Virus record (IMG/VR): IMGVR_UViG_3300037510_000213
Coordinates: 1 to 54,982 of that record
Reading direction: 5' to 3' (one strand)
Length of the DNA stretch: 54,982 nucleotides
Source: a virus
Lineage: Duplodnaviria > Caudoviricetes
The notes under the pieces are model-generated. The model had not been told where the DNA came from. It worked only from the letters and a program-made list of their open reading frames with translations, and made no database searches. Below are positions 45,018-54,890 of the stretch, in pieces (within the stretch, counting starts at the first letter, position 1; each line of letters begins with the position of its first letter). The position numbers were made by a program, and so were the translations under genes.

Positions 45018-47101
45018 CGGCTGATTACCCCTCTCATGGCTTTGAAGGAAAAGGCTTGCGGGGCGCTGCGTGTGGTCGTGCCCCCTACTGCCATACCACT
45101 GATCTGATTCAAGGCCTGCTGTGTCTGACCGACAACGGCCTTCCAATACTGTCCACGTAAGGCCAACTCCGCATTCAGCCCCTCACTGGCCGCCTGTAAT
45201 GCGCGCTGACGGGTGAGATTTGCCTGGGCCAAATCGCGCGTCTGGGCAATGCGCGCATCGGTCAACTGACGGTCATAGGCCAACACACGATCACTGCGCT
45301 GACGTTCCGCTGCCCGGAGTGCATCATCACGCGCGTCTCGATAGTCCTGCTGACGCTTGCGCTGTGAGGTGTCAATCGTCGCCTGTTCCTGCTTTAGCGT
45401 CTCCGCTTCCTTCTGACGTGCCAGGAAGAGAGCCTTAAAGTCACCCTCTCGAAGCGCGTCTTGCTCCTCTTTGCTGCCATTCTCGCGAATCTTGAGAAGA
45501 TCGTCTTGCTGGTCAAGCGCTGCATCCCGTTCCGCCCTGTTGAACTTTAAAGCGAGGTCAAATTCATCGCGGTGATACTTGGTGGCAATGTCAACCGTGT
45601 CGCGTCCGAATTTGGTGGCATTGTCGGCGGCCACCTGACGATAGCGTGTGCCGATGTCCTGTGTGGACTGTGTAAACTGCTTGCCCGCGTTCTCAATCGA
45701 TTTGGTGTATTGAAGCTGGGCTTGCTCAGCTTTCTTAGCGGCGTCTTCCGCGTCTTTTTTGGCCTTCTTTTCCGCATCATTGGCACGTGACACTTCAAGC
45801 GCCGTGTTCTTGATGAACTCGCTCTCTTTGCCCAACGATCCCAATTGACCATTGAGCGCGGCAAGCTTGGCTGTGACCTCTTCGGAGGTGTCACCCGACT
45901 CCGTGAGAACGTCAATCTGCGCCTGAATAACGGCCTTTTCATCATCAATGGCCTCAAGGCGCTTGGTGTTCTGTTCCTCAGTGGCATTCAGGGCCTTTTG
46001 CTGCGCGGCCAACTCCTTACCAGCGGTGTCAGCGGCGGTGAGAGTTGCCTTCGTCCGCTCCTCGACCAGCTTCTTCTCAGCTTCGGCGGCGTCATTGGCC
46101 GCCAATGTGCCATCGTTTTGCGCATCAGTGAGGGTTTTTGTATTGGCTTCGTAGCCTGCGATCAAATCTTTACTTTTTTGGATTTGATCGGCCAGCGCTT
46201 GCTCATCTGCGCTCGCGGCTTTCGCGACGTTTGCAAGGATTTCTGTTCCAGCTCGCGCCCCAAAAAGGCCTTGTATTAACGGTTTCTGCGCCTCCGCTGT
46301 CTCTCTTGCCTGTCTCTCTGATTCGTCGTAAGCCGCTTGAAGCTTTGCGAGGGTTTGAACCTCTCGATCCCGTCGCTCCTTGATCTCATCAGCTTCTTTT
46401 TGTGCGTCGTCTGATGTTAATCCATTGGCGATTTTGTCGCTTAGGGCGCGTTGCGCGTCTGCAAATGAATTGATATTTGCGACTTGCTGACTTGTAGAGT
46501 CTGAGAAGCTTTTAATTGCCAGCCCAAGCGCGCCAACAATTAAGATTAACGGCCCTGCAACAGCAGCAACGCCCGCAAATCCCGCCGCTGTTGCCCCCAA
46601 TACAGGGGTAAGGGACGCTGTCACTGATTCCATCAGTGATGTTGCACCTGCGGCCTCGCCTAACGCGCCTGTGAGACGGGTGATATTGGCAATGGCATCC
46701 GTCCCGATGCCTGTCCCTGGAATCTGGATGGAAGGAAGCGAACGAAGACCGGACCCCGCACGCTGTAAAAGATTGCCCCCAGGACCATTCCCGCCCCCGC
46801 CGCCGCTTTGCGCCTCATTAAAGGCCTGCGCAACGGCCTGAATCTCGTCTTTGGTGGCCCCAAGAGAGGTTAGCTGCTTGCTGAGATCGGCCACCGCCCC
46901 ACTGACATCGCCTGTCTTTTTGGCCAGCACGCCCATATCCGCCCCCAACTTTTGCAGTTGGTCGGCGCGGGACAGCTTGCCAAGTTCCTGTTGTAGGGTG
47001 GTGGTGGTGGTGCCGATCTTTTTGAGTTCAGCTTCAACCTCTTTGGCTCCCACCTCCTTGATCGAGAGGGTGAGCTGTGCTTCCCGCTTGCTGTCTGCCA
47101 T
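45014..47101 (-). CDS. Tape measure protein
   Basis: 695 aa, Ala/Gln-rich helical with a hydrophobic segment; follows the tail chaperones. Confidence 0.85.
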   Translation of the reverse strand: MADSKREAQLTLSIKEVGAKEVEAELKKIGTTTTTLQQELGKLSRADQLQKLGADMGVLAKKTGDVSGAVADLSKQLTSLGATKDEIQAVAQAFNEAQSGGGGGNGPGGNLLQRAGSGLRSLPSIQIPGTGIGTDAIANITRLTGALGEAAGATSLMESVTASLTPVLGATAAGFAGVAAVAGPLILIVGALGLAIKSFSDSTSQQVANINSFADAQRALSDKIANGLTSDDAQKEADEIKERRDREVQTLAKLQAAYDESERQARETAEAQKPLIQGLFGARAGTEILANVAKAASADEQALADQIQKSKDLIAGYEANTKTLTDAQNDGTLAANDAAEAEKKLVEERTKATLTAADTAGKELAAQQKALNATEEQNTKRLEAIDDEKAVIQAQIDVLTESGDTSEEVTAKLAALNGQLGSLGKESEFIKNTALEVSRANDAEKKAKKDAEDAAKKAEQAQLQYTKSIENAGKQFTQSTQDIGTRYRQVAADNATKFGRDTVDIATKYHRDEFDLALKFNRAERDAALDQQDDLLKIRENGSKEEQDALREGDFKALFLARQKEAETLKQEQATIDTSQRKRQQDYRDARDDALRAAERQRSDRVLAYDRQLTDARIAQTRDLAQANLTRQRALQAASEGLNAELALRGQYWKAVVGQTQQALNQISGMAVGGTTTRSAPQAFSFKAMRGVISR

Positions 47102-47104
47102 CGC

Positions 47105-47436
47105 TTACCCTCCCATCAAATCCTCCCACGGCGTGTCAGCCATTGGGATCTTGAGTGTGCTAAAATCGTCATTCATCACGCGCGTGTAGTAGACGTTCAT
47201 CGTGTGCCAATCGAGCATGAGATAGGCATCTTGATCGTTGTAGCCGCCTGGGTCGGGATAGAGGTGATGGATCTTGTGTTCCAGCCATGTCCTGATCACG
47301 TAATCAACATCGTAGAAGAAGGTTCGCGGGGTGGTAGAGGTGTATTCAAGCTCCTCTCCCTTGTCGATCTTGACAACATCCCGCATGAAGTCCTCAATGG
47401 TGTCAATGTCTTTCAGGTGACTTCCGTTGTTTTTTT
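47105..47436 (-). CDS. Tail assembly chaperone, -1 frameshift extension (gpT-like)
   Basis: Open -1 frame from the A8 tract into MRDVVK...YPDPGGYNDQD. Confidence 0.7.
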
Positions 47437-47772
47437 TGGCGGCTGCGTGGCGATGTTGGCCGACACGAATTTGAAATACAGCTCAGGCCCCTGATGCATG
47501 AAGAGTTCGTAAGCAGCGGCCACCTGCTCAGGCGTCGATGTGGACACCACCCACCACGGAGCCGTGGTGGTACACTGTGACATGCCATCTGAGTATTCTT
47601 TGTAGTTGTCCCACTCTTCAGGATTTTGCGCGGCGGCTGTTTCCCCGTCTGGATACCCATAAAAGGTGATCAGGGCCACAAGATAGCGATTGCGTCGTAA
47701 CTGCGCGCGAACGGTTGTCGGGACATACGTCACGGTGTGCCCATCGTGTTCAAAGGTGTATGTGTCATCCAT
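47413..47772 (-). CDS. Tail assembly chaperone (gpG-like)
   Basis: Between tail tube and tape measure; ends CCA AAA AAA ACA ACG GAA GTC ACC TGA. Confidence 0.75.
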   Translation of the reverse strand: MDDTYTFEHDGHTVTYVPTTVRAQLRRNRYLVALITFYGYPDGETAAAQNPEEWDNYKEYSDGMSQCTTTAPWWVVSTSTPEQVAAAYELFMHQGPELYFKFVSANIATQPPKKTTEVT

Positions 47773-47780
47773 ACGCGCCC

Positions 47781-48599
47781 CTACTGGTACTCATAGAAGA
47801 CAAGGCCAGGACGCCCCGCGCTCACGCTGCCACTGAGGGTCAGGAGCTTCGGGGTCGGTGTGTTGATGCTGGTCACGCCAATGGCCACCTTGTCGGAGAA
47901 GGGCCGTGTGGTGCTGACAGCCACAGGGCTGCGATTCAGGGTGAAGCTGGACAGCGCGCCGCGAAAGGCGTCCATCGTCAGCGGATGTGCCGATTTGAAG
48001 GGGCGCGCATAGGCTCCGATGGGTGTTCCCGCCTTGTTGACGATGGTTGTGCCCCACGGATTGTTATAGGCCTGTTGTGCCACGGCCTTGTAGCGCACCA
48101 CGCCCGCCGTGCGGCCCGCCCATGTCTCGCGATTGAGCGGCAAGAGCTGAACGTAGGGGTAAATGATGCCGGACCATGCCGCCAATCCCTCAGACCCCTG
48201 ATCACGATTCACAGCCTTGCCCTGAATGATCAGCGCGCCTGTGCCAAGCACAATGTTGGCGAGATCGATCAGACCCATTTCAATCGATCCGAACGTGTCC
48301 ACATCGGTGTTTTGCAGTCGTGCCTCAAGCGTAAGATCCATCTGCCCAAAGTTCAGGACAATCTCACGGGGTGCATCGCTGGCAAATTCAATCGCACCGA
48401 GCGATCCATCGTCCCCAGGGATGGTCACGGCCTTCGATTCAGGCACCGCAGACGGGGCCTCCTGAATGCCCACCAGCTTGTACGCGCCTGCACTGGTGGC
48501 ATTGGCGAGAGCGTCGGGGGTGTCCCCGCTCGGATCGCCGTTGCTGTCGTAAAACATGAACCACGCCTCTTGCGTGCCTGCCTGGATTGTTTTTGGCAT
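47781..48599 (-). CDS. Major tail (tube) protein
   Basis: 272 aa, beta-rich; synteny; GGAG RBS. Confidence 0.7.
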   Translation of the reverse strand: MPKTIQAGTQEAWFMFYDSNGDPSGDTPDALANATSAGAYKLVGIQEAPSAVPESKAVTIPGDDGSLGAIEFASDAPREIVLNFGQMDLTLEARLQNTDVDTFGSIEMGLIDLANIVLGTGALIIQGKAVNRDQGSEGLAAWSGIIYPYVQLLPLNRETWAGRTAGVVRYKAVAQQAYNNPWGTTIVNKAGTPIGAYARPFKSAHPLTMDAFRGALSSFTLNRSPVAVSTTRPFSDKVAIGVTSINTPTPKLLTLSGSVSAGRPGLVFYEYQ

Positions 48600-48610
48600 T
48601 CCCTGTCTCC

Positions 48611-49108
48611 TCAGTACTCAACTTGCTCGATAAACTCATCAAAAATGCATGCCACTTGCAGCTCACGCCCCACCTGATTGACTCCGAGGCCGCTGTTTTC
48701 AAAGATGCGAAAGCCACCATTGTCGGTCACACGCGCCGACTGAAGATGACTCATGCGCGCGGTGTATGGCCCCGTGGCCGTGGTCAGCCAGTTGGAACGC
48801 TTCTGAATGTAGGTTTTGACCACTGGCCCCCATTCATAGAGATTGCCTTCAGGCTCTCCCCTGTACCCCTCCGTCACATGCCCCACCACCAGACGGATGA
48901 TCACAAGGGGTTGATTGAGGTCTTCCACCTCGCTGCCATCATCCCCGACGGGATTGGACGCAATGCGGTTGGTGAAATACGGAAAGCGCTCGTTCACGTG
49001 CAAGGCGTAGGGTTTGGCGTCCGCATTCACGCCGATGCTTGCCATCGCCTCGATTTCCAGCGCCGCAAGCCGATTGAGCAGCTCTGTTTCATAGGTGGCC
49101 ATTGGCAC
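48611..49108 (-). CDS. Tail completion / terminator protein
   Basis: Size and position just upstream of the tail tube. Confidence 0.55.
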   Translation of the reverse strand: MPMATYETELLNRLAALEIEAMASIGVNADAKPYALHVNERFPYFTNRIASNPVGDDGSEVEDLNQPLVIIRLVVGHVTEGYRGEPEGNLYEWGPVVKTYIQKRSNWLTTATGPYTARMSHLQSARVTDNGGFRIFENSGLGVNQVGRELQVACIFDEFIEQVEY

Positions 49109-49111
49109 TCC

Positions 49112-49140
49112 AAACGCAAAAACCCGCGCAATGGCGGGCC
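49112..49140 (-). terminator. Intrinsic terminator inside the structural operon
   Basis: Minus strand CCCGC-CATTGC-GCGGG-TTTTTGCGTTT. Confidence 0.55.
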
Positions 49141-49170
49141 TGAGATCACATCAGATGGATGGTGCGGAGA

Positions 49171-50058
49171 CTACATATTCGCGAACAGATTCAGAAGCGC
49201 CGTGACCTCTGTCATCAGATCCGGCGGATAGTCGGTGTTCGTGATGCCCGTCATGGCGACATTGTTGAACGCCCCCTGGCGCGCGTACTGTGCGGCCACT
49301 TGCCGCGTGGTGGCACGACGAATCGAGCGATCCACCTGATACACACTCACAGGCGCGCTGATAAGATGTGTGGCGGCGGTGCTGCCATTCACGCCACGGA
49401 TCACGGTGACGATGTTGGTGGCCGTGTCCGTTGACACAACATCCATCCATTCACTGTCAATTTGGACCAGATTGCCCGCGCTGATGCGTGGTGTCTGTCC
49501 GTAAGCATTGGCCCCGTCCACATCGGCCACGGTGAATGTCGTGGCGGTGGTGGTCGTGATGGCAGCGGCCAGCGCATCCACCGCAAGCCACGCCTGAGCA
49601 TAGTTGCGATTGAAGCCCCACACCCCTGTCACACTGGCAAACTGAGGCCCCCACGCGTTGTCAGCGCAGTATGCGAGGCTGTACCATGATGTCCAGGCAC
49701 TCCCCAACAATTGAAGCTGATAATACGGTGGGCGTGGGGATGGCGGATAGGCGCGCACATTGGTTCCCACCACAAGGTTTGTTGTGTTGATGCCAACCCC
49801 TGTCAGACTCAGCAGCGGCGACACAACGCCCTGTGTGGTCCGCATGATGAGCGTGCGCAGGGCGCTGTTGATGTCAACGCCGTTGAGGGCGATGTCGCGG
49901 GCTTCAATGACAGGCACAAACAGCGGCACAGCGCTTTTGAACAGCTCATCAATGCGCTGTGACACCTGATAGATTTCATCCATCACCTGCATATCGCTGA
50001 CGGTGTTGCTGGCGTTGAGTTCCTTGCGGACATCGGCCAATGTGCAGTACACGCTCAC
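49171..50058 (-). CDS. Head-tail adaptor protein (with inserted beta domain)
   Basis: YCTLADVRKEL...VSQRIDE...VTGVWGF...IRRAT pattern of gp6/gp15-like adaptors. Confidence 0.7.
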   Translation of the reverse strand: MSVYCTLADVRKELNASNTVSDMQVMDEIYQVSQRIDELFKSAVPLFVPVIEARDIALNGVDINSALRTLIMRTTQGVVSPLLSLTGVGINTTNLVVGTNVRAYPPSPRPPYYQLQLLGSAWTSWYSLAYCADNAWGPQFASVTGVWGFNRNYAQAWLAVDALAAAITTTTATTFTVADVDGANAYGQTPRISAGNLVQIDSEWMDVVSTDTATNIVTVIRGVNGSTAATHLISAPVSVYQVDRSIRRATTRQVAAQYARQGAFNNVAMTGITNTDYPPDLMTEVTALLNLFANM

Positions 50059-50062
50059 GGGA

Positions 50063-50560
50063 TCACCCCTTCACCACCACGGCATTCAGCCAGTAGTCAA
50101 TCACGATGTCATTGGCCTTCTGCTCGGCTTTCAGCAGTACGTCGTCATACTGTGCCCAACCACTGTCATGATGGCTCGGCACCTGCTTCGGCCCTTGCAC
50201 GTAATCAAGCCCTGGGGTGCTGTTGGACACAGTGAGGATTGCGCCGCTGCCCGTGGCGGCGGCCTCTACCTTCCAATTGTTGACGAGGCCATGAGTGCGG
50301 ACATAGCGCCCGCCGCCCTTGCCTTTGACCTTGTTGGCAAAGTACCAGCGCCGCGCCTTTGCATTCTTCACAGGATCGTTTGACCACACGAAGGGCAGTG
50401 AGGGCGCACGCGGCTCGGTCACAAGCGGCGTCAACTCCTTGCGGATGAGCGCGGGCACGGTCTTCTCAGCAAAGATCGCAAGAGAGCGCGGGGCGTTGGC
50501 AACCTTTGCGCGCAGGGCGTCGATCACATCCTTGTCATAGGTCAGGGTGAAGCTAACCAT
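50063..50560 (-). CDS. Neck protein (HK97 gp10-like)
   Basis: YVRTHGLVNNW...VSNSTPGLDYVQG...H..GW. Confidence 0.65.
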   Translation of the reverse strand: MVSFTLTYDKDVIDALRAKVANAPRSLAIFAEKTVPALIRKELTPLVTEPRAPSLPFVWSNDPVKNAKARRWYFANKVKGKGGGRYVRTHGLVNNWKVEAAATGSGAILTVSNSTPGLDYVQGPKQVPSHHDSGWAQYDDVLLKAEQKANDIVIDYWLNAVVVKG

Positions 50561-50873
50561 GTTCAACAGCCTTGATGCGCTCAAAAACGTGATGGTCCAC
50601 AAAAATAGGATCTTTATCGTTTGACATTTTGTAAAGCTCCATGATGGCCTCACGCATACGCCGAACAATGATCGGAGAGCGATCCATTAAGCAGAAAATA
50701 TCCCCATTTATTGTCGACACTTTTTGGACATTACAGTAGCCATTGTTGGTGTAATCAATCGCGCTGGCTTTGCGGAATCCGTTTTTAATCCAATTCCGCC
50801 ATACCCACAAATGGGCTGACAGTCGAGGGTCTAAAGACCGAACACGTCTTTTGCGGACTTGCCTTGTCGTCAT
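50553..50873 (-). CDS. Hypothetical protein (AT-rich, moron-like)
   Basis: Overlaps both neighbours; lower GC. Confidence 0.55.
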   Translation of the reverse strand: MTTRQVRKRRVRSLDPRLSAHLWVWRNWIKNGFRKASAIDYTNNGYCNVQKVSTINGDIFCLMDRSPIIVRRMREAIMELYKMSNDKDPIFVDHHVFERIKAVEHG

Positions 50874-51142
50874 CCGTGTTCGCCTCCCGTATAACGCCAC
50901 ATCATCATCGCGCCCCCGCTAATCGCGCCCACATAGACCACAGGCACAAGAGGCGTGCTCATCAGGATGAACCCTATCAATGCCACCCAGATTGACGCGC
51001 AGTAGATGCAATTGAGCATCCCGCCCAACGTCGTCACCGCGCGAATACGGGCCATGAGTCGGAACGGCGCGTCCTCCTTGACCAGAAGATACGCGCCGCG
51101 CCATGTGAACAATGAGAGAATGAGGAGGTCAAGGGGTGTCAT
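50870..51142 (-). CDS. DUF1360-like membrane protein
   Basis: WRGAYLLVKEDAPF...R...MLNCIYCASIW. Confidence 0.75.
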   Translation of the reverse strand: MTPLDLLILSLFTWRGAYLLVKEDAPFRLMARIRAVTTLGGMLNCIYCASIWVALIGFILMSTPLVPVVYVGAISGGAMMMWRYTGGEHG

Positions 51143-51359
51143 TTGTCTTTTTTGCTATTCCGATGAGGTATGTATTGTCGCTGTAGGCATACCAAATCGT
51201 ACTGTATCGACATTCAGAGCACTCCCATCGAACCATCTTATATTTTTCATCAACGATTCGCGTGTGATCGCATGACCCGCATTTACAAACCTCGGTAGGC
51301 TTATAAAGAGATATTGTATCCAATAGAGAAAACGGGCCGTTATATTCAATGTCGATCAC
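51129..51359 (-). CDS. Small Zn-ribbon protein (AT-rich)
   Basis: CKCGSC...CSEC. Confidence 0.55.
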   Translation of the reverse strand: MIDIEYNGPFSLLDTISLYKPTEVCKCGSCDHTRIVDEKYKMVRWECSECRYSTIWYAYSDNTYLIGIAKKTNDTP

Positions 51360-53059
51360 AGCACCCTCGGCAAGATCTCAGTGAACAGTTGTTTCAGCCG
51401 TGCGTCAAATGAGTGATGCTCACACACATACGCATAGGCCTCACTGACGATTCTAGCACGCTTTTTCTCATTCTTGGGGGCCATGTAATACGAGATCTTC
51501 TTGCACAAGTCGTCAAAGTCTGTCCATTCGACGTAATGCACGCCTGCCTTCAATCCTGTGAACTCTTCCAGACGATCCACTCGCTGGTGAAGCAGTAGCG
51601 CGCCGCCCGATGCAAGGCAGTCAAAGATGCGATTGGAGACAAACCCTGTGTCTTTTTCATACTGATTGTCCCCCACTTCAATTTTTGCACTGCGTCGTAT
51701 CGCATTCGAGAGTTCAAACTGATAGGTGGTGTTGCCCGCGTTGTGAGGCTCAAGCTCCCCCACCCATCCCGATCCCACCAACCCCACGCTGTGAGGCAGA
51801 TCACACAGCAAACGCGCCAATTCGCGCCGCTTCTCGCTGTAGGCCGACCCCATCAACACAATCTCATAGGCATCTTCATCGGCAATCGTCACGTCACCGT
51901 TGACAGGCTCATAGGCACACTGCCAATAGGCAGCAGGGATGCCGTGCTCAGCATAGACAGGCAGGGCCGCGCCATTGACCATCAGTTGCACATCCACATT
52001 GGCCTTCAACCATGAGAGGGTGTCAGGAGACACCAACGCATCAAGGTACACATCACCATTCCAGTTGAGCACCAGCATGTCAGGTTGCGCGGCGCGGGCG
52101 GCGGTGAGATCCTTCAAATCGCGCTGACATTGGGTGAACAAGATGTTGGGCTGCCATGCGCGCACGATCTCAACGAGGTCGTATGGCTCATTCAGATAAT
52201 CGATCTCAATCACCTGGCCCATGCGCTGTAAGGCCTCTCGCAGGCCCCGTTTCATCGGGCGATGATGAGGATAGATCTTGCTTTCGAAGATGGGCAGATA
52301 CAGAATGCGCAGCCCTGACTCATGCTCAGGATTGCTAACCGTGGGGTGGGCCTTCATCTGTGGCGGCGTGGTGAAGCGCTGATAATAGCTGCTCGGACGC
52401 GACAATTCGGTGCGCGTGTTGTGTTCGCGTAAGCCATCATTTGCCACAATGTCCTTGACGCGCACGCCGTCCACCGCGTCGACGGTGTAGCCATGCTCAA
52501 CAATGCGCGCTGTGAGATAATTGTCCCCGCCATAGGTGTGTGAGGTGAACGTGGGATCATGCGCGCCCCACCATCCGCATAGATCCCCAAGCCAGCGCCG
52601 ATACAGACCCACCTGTGCATACGGAATGCTGACAGGCTGATTCTCCAAATTCAACACGGTCATGGTCTGGACATGATAGCCCGCTGGCTTGCCAATGGCA
52701 GCGCGATCATCGGAGAAGGCCACCGCGCCGCATGTGGGATGCTCTTGCAGGTAGGCAATGGCCGCAAGCAAGGAGTAGTCGATGAGTTCAACATCATCGT
52801 TGGCCAACAGCACAACCTCGCCCCGCGCCGCGTACGCCCCATCGGAGAAGGCTCGAATCGCGCCCAATAAGCCGCCATGCTCGATCAATCGCACGTCAGA
52901 CTGCGCTTTACACCACGCAATCGTGCCATCGGTGGAGCCGCCATCCACGACTATAATTTCGTATGAGAGGCCAAAATGGAGATAGCGCCGCACCGAGGCA
53001 ATCATGGCTTGCAGAAGGGGGAGGCGGTTGTAGCTGCCTGTCACGACAGAGAGAAGCAT
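51356..53059 (-). CDS. Bifunctional glycosyltransferase (GT2 N-terminal plus CgeB-like GT-B C-terminal)
   Basis: SVVTGSYNR, IVVDGGSTDGT, LANDD; SNRIFDCLASGG...HSFDARLKQL. Confidence 0.88.
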   Translation of the reverse strand: MLLSVVTGSYNRLPLLQAMIASVRRYLHFGLSYEIIVVDGGSTDGTIAWCKAQSDVRLIEHGGLLGAIRAFSDGAYAARGEVVLLANDDVELIDYSLLAAIAYLQEHPTCGAVAFSDDRAAIGKPAGYHVQTMTVLNLENQPVSIPYAQVGLYRRWLGDLCGWWGAHDPTFTSHTYGGDNYLTARIVEHGYTVDAVDGVRVKDIVANDGLREHNTRTELSRPSSYYQRFTTPPQMKAHPTVSNPEHESGLRILYLPIFESKIYPHHRPMKRGLREALQRMGQVIEIDYLNEPYDLVEIVRAWQPNILFTQCQRDLKDLTAARAAQPDMLVLNWNGDVYLDALVSPDTLSWLKANVDVQLMVNGAALPVYAEHGIPAAYWQCAYEPVNGDVTIADEDAYEIVLMGSAYSEKRRELARLLCDLPHSVGLVGSGWVGELEPHNAGNTTYQFELSNAIRRSAKIEVGDNQYEKDTGFVSNRIFDCLASGGALLLHQRVDRLEEFTGLKAGVHYVEWTDFDDLCKKISYYMAPKNEKKRARIVSEAYAYVCEHHSFDARLKQLFTEILPRVL

Positions 53060-53382
53060 CAGGCCATCACCTCATCAAACGTCTTCCATTGGCCATCAAT
53101 AAGGTACTCAAAATCACGCGGGCGCATCATATTGTAGTCGTGCTCTGTAGGGCGACGGTCAATTGGTTGAAAAGATAGAGCATCAAAATGATTTTTCATC
53201 CCATCAACGAGAACCCAATCAAGGAGTTCCTCATCCGCCCTTGCCGACGCTCCGGTATCCCAACAGGTATACGGATAATTCTCTAAAAGAATAGCGTTCG
53301 ACAGAGTGTGATCGTTTCCCATGTATCTTACACAGCATCCCACATGAACATGGGCAGAAAACTTGATCCAATCAGTGATCAT
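53059..53382 (-). CDS. Hypothetical protein (paralog of 36080..36415)
   Basis: C-terminus YLIDGQWKTFDEVMA; TGATG coupling. Confidence 0.65.
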   Translation of the reverse strand: MITDWIKFSAHVHVGCCVRYMGNDHTLSNAILLENYPYTCWDTGASARADEELLDWVLVDGMKNHFDALSFQPIDRRPTEHDYNMMRPRDFEYLIDGQWKTFDEVMA

Positions 53383-53594
53383 CAGACCTCTGTGAATGAA
53401 ATATGCCGGATGTCGCTGTAGAGAAACGATTGCTGCGTGCCATCCGTCGTCACAAATGAGTAAAACTTGATGCGCGTCTCGGCAATCAGGAAGGTGGGCA
53501 GATCATGGCGCAAGACATGAAACGTAAACGTGCGATCCCCATCGGTGAAGGTTCGAATGCAGACTTGCATCGTGCGCAGCGCTACGCCTGTCAT
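53382..53594 (-). CDS. Hypothetical protein
   Basis: Translationally coupled small ORF. Confidence 0.55.
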   Translation of the reverse strand: MTGVALRTMQVCIRTFTDGDRTFTFHVLRHDLPTFLIAETRIKFYSFVTTDGTQQSFLYSDIRHISFTEV

Positions 53595-53794
53595 GTCTTC
53601 ACCTCTTGCAATGACAGCAGCACAATCCCGCCATCCCCATAGCCAATTGTGTACAGCACGCCCGCGTCATTCTGCCCAAATTTAGGATTGCGAATGCCGC
53701 ACCGATCCTTGCACAGGCGCTCTGCCTCCTCAACGCTCTCACATGTGTCAACGGTGTATTCTGTGTAGGCCGAGGAGTAGATGAGGGCAAACAT
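53591..53794 (-). CDS. Hypothetical protein
   Basis: Translationally coupled small ORF. Confidence 0.55.
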   Translation of the reverse strand: MFALIYSSAYTEYTVDTCESVEEAERLCKDRCGIRNPKFGQNDAGVLYTIGYGDGGIVLLSLQEVKT

Positions 53795-53796
53795 GG

Positions 53797-54129
53797 TTAC
53801 GGTCTTTTCTCAAGTCTTTGGAAAATCGGGCTTAACAACGGGTACCAAACCCTAAGCTCTCTCTGTATATCCTCTGTAAACCAATCGATGCCCCACACTT
53901 CAACTCTTGATAAAATCGTGTGTACAGGCCCAATATAGTCTAGTGGCCGTGTATTGCTGGATACCTCAGAGGTCAAGTGGGGGGAAGATGTGTCAAACCA
54001 TGTTGCACATCCCAATCTGACCAATTCATTCATTTGAGAGGCTGTAAAGGCCGATTCTCCATACACCCCCTCACAATACACCTTCCCATAGGTTACCACC
54101 CCGTGCGGAGGGATAAGGTAGATGTTCAT
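53797..54129 (-). CDS. Hypothetical protein (AT-rich)
   Basis: TAATG coupling to the upstream GT. Confidence 0.55.
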   Translation of the reverse strand: MNIYLIPPHGVVTYGKVYCEGVYGESAFTASQMNELVRLGCATWFDTSSPHLTSEVSSNTRPLDYIGPVHTILSRVEVWGIDWFTEDIQRELRVWYPLLSPIFQRLEKRP

Positions 54130-54890
54130 TACTCAATCACATTCAACTGTGCATACGGATGGTCAAGCATAAAATCAGGCGGTGTCACAGGGTCGGGATG
54201 CGCCCATGAGTCCATGCCAATCGGGTGACAGTCGGTCTGTCGATTGGCCGCGTACACCTCTTCAAACCAATTCGGATTGGTGAACTCCCCGCGATGGCCG
54301 TGAATGCTCATCTTGTAGCGCACCACTGGCACGCGCTCTGCATAGCCGTAATGGTGGATGCGCATGGCATTGTCAGCGCTGTGATAGGTTGTCTCTTGCT
54401 TGGGGAGATGCCGAATATACACGCGCCCTGGTGCAGCGGGGTCATGGGTGAAGGCCCGATGAAATGAGCGCCAATAGTGCCGCAAGAGGACACGTGTCTC
54501 ATAGCAATTCTGCTCAACGGCATGGGCCACAACCGCCTCAAGCAGGCCAGGTGCCCAACACTCATCGGCATCCAGCTTCACAATCACATCGGCGTCAGTG
54601 TACTCCCACCCCGCGTTGAATTGATGCCCCTCATTCTCCCATCCCGTGTGATCGTACCAGCGCACCTTGTCGAGGTCGGCCAGAATACCCGACTCAAACA
54701 CCGATGCTTTCAAATCCGCCTCACTGTCAGGGCATGGGATCGACGTGTAAGGCGTGCCGTGCGAGGGGTGCGGGCTGTACATGATCAGCATGTCATCTGC
54801 GACGGACTCAAGACTGCGCAGCGCATACGGGAGATAGGCCGCGCCGTAGTGCAGAGGGGTGATGGTGGCAACTTTCAGGCCATTGATCAT
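54129..54890 (-). CDS. GT-A fold (GT2-like) glycosyltransferase
   Basis: YLPYALRSL..VAD, VKLDADE (DxD), IHHYGYA. Confidence 0.8.
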   Translation of the reverse strand: MINGLKVATITPLHYGAAYLPYALRSLESVADDMLIMYSPHPSHGTPYTSIPCPDSEADLKASVFESGILADLDKVRWYDHTGWENEGHQFNAGWEYTDADVIVKLDADECWAPGLLEAVVAHAVEQNCYETRVLLRHYWRSFHRAFTHDPAAPGRVYIRHLPKQETTYHSADNAMRIHHYGYAERVPVVRYKMSIHGHRGEFTNPNWFEEVYAANRQTDCHPIGMDSWAHPDPVTPPDFMLDHPYAQLNVIE

